Source: an uncultured Pelobacter sp.
Lineage (GTDB): Bacteria; Desulfobacterota; Desulfuromonadia; Geobacterales; Pseudopelobacteraceae
DNA length: 64,000 bases
NCBI GenBank assembly: GCA_964601865.1
Contig: CAZRPI010000001.1
Location: forward strand, 4,625 to 68,624
Direction of reading: 5' to 3'
Part shown: piece after piece, positions 47,022 to 55,477 of the stretch
Numbering within the stretch: position 1 is the stretch's first letter
How the letters are laid out: each line of letters begins with the position of its first letter
Made by a program: the position numbers and the translations under genes
The notes under the pieces: generated by a model
Seen by the model: the letters and a program-made list of their open reading frames with translations, nothing else
The model's database searches: none
What the model was told of the DNA's origin: nothing

Positions 47022-49051
47022 ACTCCACCCAAACCTTTCGCCCACTCGTTTCCGCGATCGTATCCGTCTACAGGGCAGAACGCTTCATTCGGGGCTGCCT
47101 GGAGGACCTCGTCGGTCAGACGCTCTTTCAAAAGGGTCAGCTGGAAATCATCGTTATCAACAGCGGCTCTCACGAAAATGAAGGAACCATAACGGAGGAA
47201 TACACTGCCCGCTACCCTTCCCGGGTCAGGTACATCCGCACGGAAGAACGGGAGACCATCTATCGGGCCTGGAACCGTGGCATAGAAGCGGCAGGCGGCA
47301 CATATGTAACAAATGCCAATGCCGATGACCGTCATCGCCCCGATGGACTGGAGGTCATGACGACTTGTCTGGACCGGAACCCCGAAATTGCTCTGGTCTA
47401 TGCCGATTGTGATGTGACGACCGTCGAGAATGGGCGGTTTGGCGAGACGCCAATCGTTGCCCGTTTCAAATGGCCGGACTTTGACCCGGTACAGCTCTTC
47501 CGGATCTGCTATATCGGCCCCCAACCCATGTGGCGACGCTCTCTCCACAGGCGGCACGGTCTGTTCGATCCGACCTGCCGTTCCGCCGGAGACTACGAAT
47601 TCTGGCTGCGCCTGGCAGCCGCGGGTGAGCGTTTTCTCCATATTCCCGAGACCCTGGGTCTGTACCTCCAGTCTCCCGGTGGGGTAGAGCATGCCAACCA
47701 GAGACTCTCCTGGGAAGAGTCAAGCCGGGCACGAACGAAGCACTGGCCGATGTCGTGGGGGACGCTCCCTTCACCATCGGGAAATTACCTGTTCCCGGTA
47801 AGCGCCAGCAGGCAGAATGGTTCATCACCCCTGGTCTCGGTCATCATCCCCACCCGCAACCGCCCGGAATTCCTGGCCCGCGCCATTCAAAGCGTCCTGA
47901 ACCAGACCTACAAAAATATTGAAATCATCGTAATCAACGACGGTGGCATCGATGTCGGAGAACTTACCGCCCATTTCAACAGCCGGAGAAACATCCGTTA
48001 TATCAATCTGCCCACAGGAATTGAACGTTCGGCCGCCCGCAATCTCGGCATCAGGGCGGCACATGGAATCTACATTGCCTACCTGGATGACGACGACCGA
48101 TATCTTCCGGAGCACGTTGCAACACTGGTGAGGCATGCACAGGAAACGGGATGCCGCGTTGTCTACTCCGATGCCTACCGGGTCGAGCTTGACCCGTCAA
48201 CAGGCCTCCCGGATGAAACCAGACGCGACATTCCCTATTCACTCGACTTTGATCCGGTCCGACTCCATGTGGAAAACTACATTCCGATCCTCTGCCTCAT
48301 GCATGAGCGATCCTGCCTGGATGAGACCGGCATGTTCGACGAACAGCTGTCGCGACTGGAAGACTGGGACCTGTGGCTCAGGCTATCCCGGGTAGCGCGG
48401 TTTCACCACATACCCCAGGCGACCTGTGAATTTACCTGGCACCACGGAGGAAGCTCTCAGACTCTGAACAATGCCCCGCTCTTTCTCAATGCCTACAAAA
48501 CCATCTGCAAAAAGCATCCCGGCGCGGCACGGGAAAATGCATCCATACGGCTCTGGCAGCAGAGCAACATTTTCGTCAAAACATGCCAGACTTTTGAATA
48601 TCTGAAGCAGCTTCTGGAACCATCGTGCCGGGGCAACCGTGCTCTGCCATCAATTTCTCCCGAAACCATCGGAACATTGCTTACGCATGGAATTGACTCA
48701 AAAAGACTCGAATCAACCCTCTGCTGGACCAAATCATTCTTCGAGGATGAAAACCTCATCGAGTCCTGGCTTGACAGGGCGCTCACCGCGGATGAAGAAA
48801 ACCACCCGGCAAGGATGCGTTTAGTCACTTTACTTATGCGCCAGAAAAGAACCCTGACAGCTTTAGCGCATCTGGAAATACTGCACCTCCACCATCCCAC
48901 GGACATCCCGATCATCAGCGAACTGGCCAGCTTATATGCGAATTCGATGGGCAACAGGCAAAAAACCGCGGATATACTCAACAAGGGATTATGGCTGTAT
49001 CCCGGCAATGAAACTCTCCGGGATCAATTGAAAAAGATACTGAACCGGTAA
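47018..49051 (+). CDS. 677-aa double-GT2 glycosyltransferase with helical-repeat C-terminus
   Basis: Contains VSAIVSVYRAERF...NSGSHENEG...NADDRH and VSVIIPTRNRPEF...VINDGG...LDDDDRY. ATGA overlap with the upstream gene. Confidence 0.88.
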   Translation: MNSTQTFRPLVSAIVSVYRAERFIRGCLEDLVGQTLFQKGQLEIIVINSGSHENEGTITEEYTARYPSRVRYIRTEERETIYRAWNRGIEAAGGTYVTNANADDRHRPDGLEVMTTCLDRNPEIALVYADCDVTTVENGRFGETPIVARFKWPDFDPVQLFRICYIGPQPMWRRSLHRRHGLFDPTCRSAGDYEFWLRLAAAGERFLHIPETLGLYLQSPGGVEHANQRLSWEESSRARTKHWPMSWGTLPSPSGNYLFPVSASRQNGSSPLVSVIIPTRNRPEFLARAIQSVLNQTYKNIEIIVINDGGIDVGELTAHFNSRRNIRYINLPTGIERSAARNLGIRAAHGIYIAYLDDDDRYLPEHVATLVRHAQETGCRVVYSDAYRVELDPSTGLPDETRRDIPYSLDFDPVRLHVENYIPILCLMHERSCLDETGMFDEQLSRLEDWDLWLRLSRVARFHHIPQATCEFTWHHGGSSQTLNNAPLFLNAYKTICKKHPGAARENASIRLWQQSNIFVKTCQTFEYLKQLLEPSCRGNRALPSISPETIGTLLTHGIDSKRLESTLCWTKSFFEDENLIESWLDRALTADEENHPARMRLVTLLMRQKRTLTALAHLEILHLHHPTDIPIISELASLYANSMGNRQKTADILNKGLWLYPGNETLRDQLKKILNR

Positions 49052-49127
49052 AATGGTTTGATTCGCCGATGGGACTGATATACATTTCTTAGAAACACTT
49101 TTCGCACGTTCATTCTAGGAGACCGAT

Positions 49128-50204
49128 ATGAGCTATCAGATCATCCCCGCAACACTGTACGAGGCGCAGAACGCCTATAGACGCCTTCAGTATCACATGA
49201 ACATGGATGATCCGGCCACGACCATTCTGGAAATCAAAACATTCCTTAAGATGTACCCTGATGTTGCCCTTCCCTACAACGATCTCGGGGTCCTCTACAG
49301 CAGGGTGGGAGAGAAGCTGCTCGCCCTGGCCTGTTACGAGAAGGCGAACCGGATCCAGCCGGGCAACCCCACCATAGTAAAGAACCTGGCCGAGTTTTAT
49401 TTCATGGAACTCAACTGGGTTGATGACGCGATCATCATGCTGACCCAACTGCTCAACTCCTATCCCGACGACACCGACCTGCTCCACCTGTTGATCAGCA
49501 TCAGCAAGCAGGTGGGACGCGAGCAGGAGGCCCGGCTCTTCAGCCAGCATCTGGCACAACTGGAAGGGGAACCCCCTCCCATCACCGATGTTCATGTTTG
49601 CGATGCGACGACGGAGACGAATCCAACTGCTTCACTGGTTCCCGAAGAACCTGTTGTTGAGGCAGTCCCGCCTGAGGACAACCTGGAGGACATCCTGGCC
49701 AGACTCAGGCAGACACTCGGTCAGGAGCCTGCAACAGCGGTCCAGCCCCCTCCCGCATCACCGGCTGAGCTGTTCCGCTCGGCACAGGAACAGATGGCAA
49801 CGGGAGATGATGAACAGGCGGTCTCAACACTGGAACGACTCGTCACCCTGGAGCCTGGCAACGCCCTGGCCCACAACGATCTGGGGGTCCTCTACACTCG
49901 ACTGGGGAATATGGAAAAAGCAGGGGTTCATCAGGCAACCGCGGTCAGTCTCAATCCAGCCAACATAACCTTCCGGAAAAACCTGGCCGGACTCTACTAC
50001 AGCTGTCTGGGAAGAACCGACGAGGCGATCGGAATCTACACCAAACTGCTTCGGGAGTGCCCCGACGATGTGGAAGTGCTGACCGCCCTTGCCATAATTT
50101 CCGCGGCCAACCGGCTTAACGAACAGGCAAGGCTGTTTATGGGCCGCGTGTTGGAACTGGAGCCGTGGAACATCGATGCGAGGGAATTCCTTGCAGGACT
50201 TTAA
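49128..50204 (+). CDS. TPR-repeat protein
   Basis: Repeated LGVLY..G....A...Y..A..L.P.N motifs in two blocks separated by a Pro/Glu-rich linker. TAGGAG lies upstream of the ATG. Confidence 0.8.
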   Translation: MSYQIIPATLYEAQNAYRRLQYHMNMDDPATTILEIKTFLKMYPDVALPYNDLGVLYSRVGEKLLALACYEKANRIQPGNPTIVKNLAEFYFMELNWVDDAIIMLTQLLNSYPDDTDLLHLLISISKQVGREQEARLFSQHLAQLEGEPPPITDVHVCDATTETNPTASLVPEEPVVEAVPPEDNLEDILARLRQTLGQEPATAVQPPPASPAELFRSAQEQMATGDDEQAVSTLERLVTLEPGNALAHNDLGVLYTRLGNMEKAGVHQATAVSLNPANITFRKNLAGLYYSCLGRTDEAIGIYTKLLRECPDDVEVLTALAIISAANRLNEQARLFMGRVLELEPWNIDAREFLAGL

Positions 50205-53200
50205 CAGAAATTTCGTCTCCATCGTAATACCGGTACACAACCAGGTGGAATACACCATATCCTGTCTCAGGTCACTGAACGCCTCACCGCCGGACATCGG
50301 CCATGAAATCATCATCGTCGATGACGGTTCCACCGACGACACCCGGCAGTACCTCTCCCATCTCTCACGCCATGACGAACGCATCCGTGTTCTTCATCAC
50401 GGTTCGGCAACGGGTTTTGCCAGGTCTTGCAACGCGGGAGCGGCAACTGCCCGCGGCGAGCTGTTGCTGTTCCTCAACAACGACACGGAGATGCAACCGG
50501 GCTGGTTTCCCCCCCTGCACTCCCTCATCAATTCCAGTTCAGACATCGGTATTGTCGCTCCCAAGCTGATTTTCCCTGACGGCACAATCCAGCACTGCGG
50601 CAAGGTCTGGTCCGACACCGGAACCCCAGGCTCACACCCCCATCATATCTATTACCGTTTTCCGTCCGACCACCCCGCGGTAAACAAGAGCCGACCGTAC
50701 ATGATGGTGACCGGAGCCTGCATCATCATGCGAACGGCGGATTTCCGGGCAGTGGGCGGTTTCGACGAACGCTATGAAAACGGATGGGAGGACGACGACC
50801 TCTGCTATGCCATCAGTTCGGCCGGCAAACGGATCCATTACTGCCCGGAAAGCGTCGTCATCCATCACCAGAACAAAACGCTCAATGAACGGATGGATGA
50901 ACTGAAACGCCGGCTTCCGACACCTGAGCGCCTGAACGAACTGGATGCTCTCGTTGAGAGAGGGACGGCATCTCCCGAACAGATCCAACTTGCCCGGCAG
51001 GTTCAGGCGACCTTTCACGACATGGAGACCGAACTGCTCCGTCTGCGGGACAAGTTCCACCGCAACCGCGGCGTTTTTTTCGAAAAATGGGGTTCCGTCA
51101 TCAAACGCGACGCCCATATCTACTGCAGGGAGGACGGGGTGCCACTGGAAAGCGCCCTCACGGATGCCGCGGCAGGCGATTCACCTCCACCTCAGGAGAG
51201 CGACGGATGCCGGAGCGATATTCGGTCCGGTGGAGATGAAATGCCCCTGGTATCCATCATCATCCTTACCCGCAACCGGCTGGACGTAACCGGGGCGTGC
51301 ATTGCGAGCATCCGGCGCCATACTCCCGAATCCCACGAGATCATCTTCGTGGATAACGGATCGACGGACGGCACCGTACCATGGTTGCGTGACCTCAGCC
51401 TGGCGCAACCGCTATATCGCCTGATCGAAAACAGAGAAAATGCCGGCTTTTCTGCCGGGTGCAACCAGGGCATGCGCGCCGCGCGAGGCGAATTCATCCT
51501 GCTTCTGAACAACGATGTCGTAGTAACGCCGGAGTGGCTCTCCGGCATGCTCGAATGCTTCAGGGATGAAAATATCGGGATCGTTGGTCCCATGACCAAC
51601 AACATCAGCGGCCCCCAGCAATGGCCCTGGTCGAATTACGGTAAAATTGAACGGCTGGATGATTTTTCTCGTGAATTCCGACGCAACAACCGTTTTATCC
51701 GCATTCCCTGCCGCCGAGTCGTCGGCTTCTGCATGATGTTCCGGCGAGAACTGCTGGAGAAGATCGGTTTCCTGGACGAGCAGTTCGGCTCGGGCAATTT
51801 CGAGGATGACGATTACTGCATCCGCGCGGCTCTGGAAGGGTTTCGGAATCTGATTGCCGCCGACGTGTTCATCCATCACGTCGGGAGCGCTACATTTCAG
51901 GGCAACAACATCAACTACTCCGATGCACTCATGCACAACCAGCAGCTCTTCAACCGGAAGTGGAGCAGGCCGGTGACGGAGGAGTCGCTGGGGCGCAGGA
52001 TAATCCGCCTCAAGACACTTGAAAGCGCCGAGTCACTCAATCAGAGGGGGTTCGCGGATGAGGCGGTAAACCTGCTGCTCAACCAGGGTATCGGGCAGAT
52101 GCCGCAAGAGCCCCTTTTCTACCGTGCTCTGGCGAAACTCTTCCTGGATGCGGGGATGCCGGGTGAAGCCTTATCGGTGCTGCAGGAGTATCCGGTCGAA
52201 TTGCCCTCCCCGTTGCTCCTGCTCCAGTTTCAGGCGCTTCTGGCGCAGGGAAAAACGGATGAGGCCATCAGCCTGTTCCAGGAATCACCTGAGGCGACGG
52301 ACAATGGAATCGACGCCCTCCTCCTGCGGGGATACGTCATGCTGGCAAGAGGCGATCTTCACGGCGCGGCAAAAACGTTTGACCAGGCCCGGATACGTTA
52401 TCCCTCCACCGCCCGGATTTATGCGGGACTGGCCGAGGTGGCGCATCTTGCCGGCGATGACCGGCTCTGCGCGGAACTGCTGGAACGCTCTTTCCGCCTG
52501 GAGCCATCCGACATATCCATTGCAAATCAGTATCAGGCAACCCTCTCAACCGGTGACCAGTTCGCCAGGGCCGAACGCTTCCTGGCCGAGGCACGCCATT
52601 TCTGCCCCAACAGCGATACGCTGGCCTGCATCCACATCGACATCCTGCTGCGCCTGGGGCGCCATCAGGATGCGATTGAAGTCATCGAACACGCCCTGGT
52701 CTTTTTCAACTGGGGTGAAGGTTTCCTGGACGCGGCGCAATCGGTACGGGAAGGTCTGGGCCCGATTACCATTTCAGCCGGACCGGAGCGCCGGGGAAAA
52801 TCCGTCTCCCTCTGCATGATTGTGAAGAATGAAGAGAAAAATCTGCCCCGCTGCCTGAAGAGCCTGTTGCCGGTTGTGGATGAGATCGTTATTGCCGATA
52901 CCGGTTCCACGGACCATACCCGTGAGATCGCCACCATATTCGGAGCCCGCGTCATCTCTGTTCAGTGGGACGGAGACTACTCGACGGCGCGAAACGCCGC
53001 GCTCGGCGAGGCGGCTGGCGACTGGATCCTGGTGATGGACGCCGATGAGGTAATCTCGCCGCGGGATTACGGGGGCATCCGTACCCTGGTCGAGACATCT
53101 CCGGAAGGGAAGGTTGCATATTGCGTAACAAGCCGGAACTATACAAACCGGGTCGATCTTGAAAAATGGCGGGCCAACCGGGGAGAATATCCCCGGGAAG

Positions 53201-53979
53201 AGGCGGGAAGGGGGTGGATGCCGAGCGACAAGACGCGCCTTTTTCCCAACCGTCCCGACATTCGCTTCGAAAACCCCATCCATGAGATGGTCGAGCCCGC
53301 ACTGGACCGGCTGGGTATTCCCTCCATACCCGCCCCATTCGTGGTACATCACTACGGGTATCTGGACGACGAGCGGCAGCAACGCAAACTGCAGCAGTAC
53401 TACGAGCTCGGGAAACGCAAGATGGACGAGTCCGGCGATTCACCGACGGCAATCGTGGAACTTGCCATCCAGGCCGCCGCGGTGAAGAAGTACGACGAGG
53501 CCATGTCCCTCTGGCAACGGGCTCTGGCAATCGATCCGAATTCCTCCCTGGCGTATTTCAATCTCGGGCACGTCTATCTGCAGAAGGGAATGTTCCAGGA
53601 GGGGAGCGACGCAGCCCAACGGGCCATGGCACTGAAGGATAATTACCGGGAAGCGCAGGTCAACTACCTGCTCTGCCAGCTTTGCCTGGGGAACATCGAA
53701 ACATCCCTGAAAACCGTGGAGGAGTATCTGAAGGCAAATCCCGATTACCCGATTCTGCTGCTCATGCGCGGGGTTTTATCGGCTGCTGGAGGAGACTGGG
53801 AAAGAGCGACCGCTGAATTCATGCAATTGCGGAATGCTCAGGTGGAGTTTTCAAATTTCATTCATGACGTCACGAAAAAACTGATCCAGGCAGGGCAAAA
53901 GAAATATGCCGCCAACCTGGTGGCAATCGCCGGAAAGGCGGGATGCTGCGGCGAGGAGAGCATACTGCTTGTGAGCTAG
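50176..53979 (+). CDS. 1267-aa glycosyltransferase: GT2 - GT2 - TPR - GT2 - TPR
   Basis: Contains VSIVIPVHNQ...VDDGSTDDT...FLNNDT, then VSIIILTRNR...VDNGSTDGT...LLNNDV, then TPRs, then VSLCMIVKNEEKNLPRCL...IADTGSTDHT...MDADE, then TPRs. Confidence 0.88.
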   Translation: MRGNSLQDFNRNFVSIVIPVHNQVEYTISCLRSLNASPPDIGHEIIIVDDGSTDDTRQYLSHLSRHDERIRVLHHGSATGFARSCNAGAATARGELLLFLNNDTEMQPGWFPPLHSLINSSSDIGIVAPKLIFPDGTIQHCGKVWSDTGTPGSHPHHIYYRFPSDHPAVNKSRPYMMVTGACIIMRTADFRAVGGFDERYENGWEDDDLCYAISSAGKRIHYCPESVVIHHQNKTLNERMDELKRRLPTPERLNELDALVERGTASPEQIQLARQVQATFHDMETELLRLRDKFHRNRGVFFEKWGSVIKRDAHIYCREDGVPLESALTDAAAGDSPPPQESDGCRSDIRSGGDEMPLVSIIILTRNRLDVTGACIASIRRHTPESHEIIFVDNGSTDGTVPWLRDLSLAQPLYRLIENRENAGFSAGCNQGMRAARGEFILLLNNDVVVTPEWLSGMLECFRDENIGIVGPMTNNISGPQQWPWSNYGKIERLDDFSREFRRNNRFIRIPCRRVVGFCMMFRRELLEKIGFLDEQFGSGNFEDDDYCIRAALEGFRNLIAADVFIHHVGSATFQGNNINYSDALMHNQQLFNRKWSRPVTEESLGRRIIRLKTLESAESLNQRGFADEAVNLLLNQGIGQMPQEPLFYRALAKLFLDAGMPGEALSVLQEYPVELPSPLLLLQFQALLAQGKTDEAISLFQESPEATDNGIDALLLRGYVMLARGDLHGAAKTFDQARIRYPSTARIYAGLAEVAHLAGDDRLCAELLERSFRLEPSDISIANQYQATLSTGDQFARAERFLAEARHFCPNSDTLACIHIDILLRLGRHQDAIEVIEHALVFFNWGEGFLDAAQSVREGLGPITISAGPERRGKSVSLCMIVKNEEKNLPRCLKSLLPVVDEIVIADTGSTDHTREIATIFGARVISVQWDGDYSTARNAALGEAAGDWILVMDADEVISPRDYGGIRTLVETSPEGKVAYCVTSRNYTNRVDLEKWRANRGEYPREEAGRGWMPSDKTRLFPNRPDIRFENPIHEMVEPALDRLGIPSIPAPFVVHHYGYLDDERQQRKLQQYYELGKRKMDESGDSPTAIVELAIQAAAVKKYDEAMSLWQRALAIDPNSSLAYFNLGHVYLQKGMFQEGSDAAQRAMALKDNYREAQVNYLLCQLCLGNIETSLKTVEEYLKANPDYPILLLMRGVLSAAGGDWERATAEFMQLRNAQVEFSNFIHDVTKKLIQAGQKKYAANLVAIAGKAGCCGEESILLVS

Positions 53980-54026
53980 TTACACGGCGTGGAAAAAGAG
54001 GCGCTGAAAGAGACGGAACGATGCAA

Positions 54027-54407
54027 TCACTCCGGCGGCTTTGTTCGCAGGCCTGCGGCGATGCTGAAGTTGATATCGATCACGATATTCAGCTTGTCCG
54101 GATCATTGGGAAACGCGAGTACTTCAAAAAGACGTTTATCGACAAAAATGCTCAGATTCAGAATATCCTCCCGAAGCTTCTTGGGAAGCGGGTTGTCCGG
54201 CATTGACAACTCCGATTGAAAAAAACTCCACACCTTCTGATTGTAGCGTATGGCCTCATCAAGAAAGGCGTTCCGTTCCGGTGTATTCCATTTTTCCTGG
54301 CACTGTCTCAACTTCAGACCCGCCTTGGTCAGAACCGATGCCTCCAATTCCCTAGGGGACATAAACTCCTTGCTCTGCTGTTCGTATGCGGTACGGGGAT
54401 CAGACAT
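54027..54407 (-). CDS. flaF: flagellar biosynthesis regulator FlaF
   Basis: AYEQQSKEFMSPRELEASVL...NQKVWSFF...LPKKLREDILNLSIFV...IDINFSIAAGL aligns along its length with Caulobacter-type FlaF as I remember it. Confidence 0.88.
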   Translation of the reverse strand: MSDPRTAYEQQSKEFMSPRELEASVLTKAGLKLRQCQEKWNTPERNAFLDEAIRYNQKVWSFFQSELSMPDNPLPKKLREDILNLSIFVDKRLFEVLAFPNDPDKLNIVIDINFSIAAGLRTKPPE

Positions 54408-54786
54408 TGCCAGTCAACTCCTCTTCATATTCAATTAACTCCCGCGAAGTCTTGAGCGCCTGATAATACTGGCCCTCCGCAACCTGTTCCCTCAGTTTCA
54501 GCACAAGAACACCGATGCTCGGCGCAGCCCCCACAATATCATCGGCAAGCCTGAGAAAAGATTCCATATGGACTTCACGCTGTTCCTGATCAATATATAT
54601 CAATTGAATGGCAAAGTAAATGCGCCGCGCCGGAGAATCTGCGTCACCTTCCCTCATGATGTCCTTCTGGCGCAGAATGGGGACGGTATTCTCAACGAAC
54701 AGCTCGGCGCTACGATTACCGTTACGCAACACGGCATTACCGACGATCACCTTCTCATGTGCTTTCAAAACAATTTTCAACGACAT
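54400..54786 (-). CDS. flbT: flagellin translational repressor FlbT
   Basis: MSLKIVLKAHEKVIVGNAVLRNGNRSAELFVENTVPILRQKDIM...ARRIYFAIQLIYID...YYQALKTSRELIEYEEE matches the FlbT family. GAGG lies 7 nt upstream of ATG 54786. There is an 8-nt overlap with flaF. Confidence 0.9.
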   Translation of the reverse strand: MSLKIVLKAHEKVIVGNAVLRNGNRSAELFVENTVPILRQKDIMREGDADSPARRIYFAIQLIYIDQEQREVHMESFLRLADDIVGAAPSIGVLVLKLREQVAEGQYYQALKTSRELIEYEEELTGNV

Positions 54787-54796
54787 GTTCAATACC

Positions 54797-55399
54797 TCAC
54801 AACGAGGCCTGGATAGCCGACATTACGCGGGAAATGGCGTTACCCGTCGAAGAAAGTGTGTCAGCGGCGGTTTTTACCGCACGGTCGGTCGAACGATCCG
54901 ATAATGAAGGCGCGGCGACTTTCCCGTTATTCTGCGGAAACAGATCTACCCACATCCCCTGCACCCTTTCGAACACGGGAGCGGGAGGAGAAGGAACCGT
55001 CAGTTCATCGATCTGTTTTCTGATGGAGGCGTAACTCATCAGAATCTTCTTGCGCTCTTCATCCTCCAGGGAATAGGGGGGATAGTTCTTGATTATTTTA
55101 CCAAGTTCCCCGTTCATCCTGTCAACGATATCAGCGGCACGATTGAGAGCGTTTCCGGTTTCACGGATATTCCTGGCCGTTGCGTTAAGATCTTCCGCCA
55201 TGCCTTCCAGGCGCTGCATCGCATCGAGAGCCTGGCGCGAGGAAGTCGGGCCGACCGTGACCCGATCACCGCCGATCACGCCGGCTCCGGAATCGCTAGA
55301 GGCATCCTTCTGGTTGTCCGACGGCATCGGAGCAGATGGGGTAACACGCGGAGCAATGCCTGCAGTCTGCTGAACGACGCTAATGCTTTCCGTACCCAT
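54797..55399 (-). CDS. hypothetical protein in the flagellin-flbT-flaF operon
   Basis: 200-aa ORF with a strong AGGAGGTGA RBS. It has a disordered S/P-rich N-terminus, a helical core and an IIKNYPPYSLEDEERKKIL motif. I recognise no family. Confidence 0.7.
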   Translation of the reverse strand: MGTESISVVQQTAGIAPRVTPSAPMPSDNQKDASSDSGAGVIGGDRVTVGPTSSRQALDAMQRLEGMAEDLNATARNIRETGNALNRAADIVDRMNGELGKIIKNYPPYSLEDEERKKILMSYASIRKQIDELTVPSPPAPVFERVQGMWVDLFPQNNGKVAAPSLSDRSTDRAVKTAADTLSSTGNAISRVMSAIQASL

Positions 55400-55424
55400 G
55401 ATTCACCTCCTGAACACGCATGAA

Positions 55425-55452
55425 TGGGGGAAGAAATACTTCTCCCCCCATC
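55425..55452 (-). terminator. 12-bp stem / 4-nt loop hairpin directly downstream of flagellin (partial terminator or mRNA stabiliser)
   Basis: The minus strand reads AUGGGGGGAGAA-GUAU-UUCUUCCCCCAU (one G-U pair). It lies 26 nt after the flagellin stop. No U-tract follows. Confidence 0.35.
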
Positions 55453-55477
55453 CGGTACCAATAAGCCCGACTTGTTA

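Noticed and set aside
49052-49127. GCCGATGG preceded by TAAAATGG as a third sigma-28 promoter
   Set aside because: The spacing between TAAA and GCCGAT is 12 nt instead of about 15, and the -10 element ends in GG rather than AA.
14324-53979. Reading the island as an O-antigen or capsule locus
   Set aside because: The window contains no Wzx/Wzy/Wzz, ABC exporter, OPX/PCP, initiating phosphoglycosyl transferase or ligase-like polytopic membrane protein. The locus encloses flagellin, FlbT/FlaF and TPR-fused GT9/GT41 enzymes typical of protein glycosylation. Genes outside the window could still change this view.
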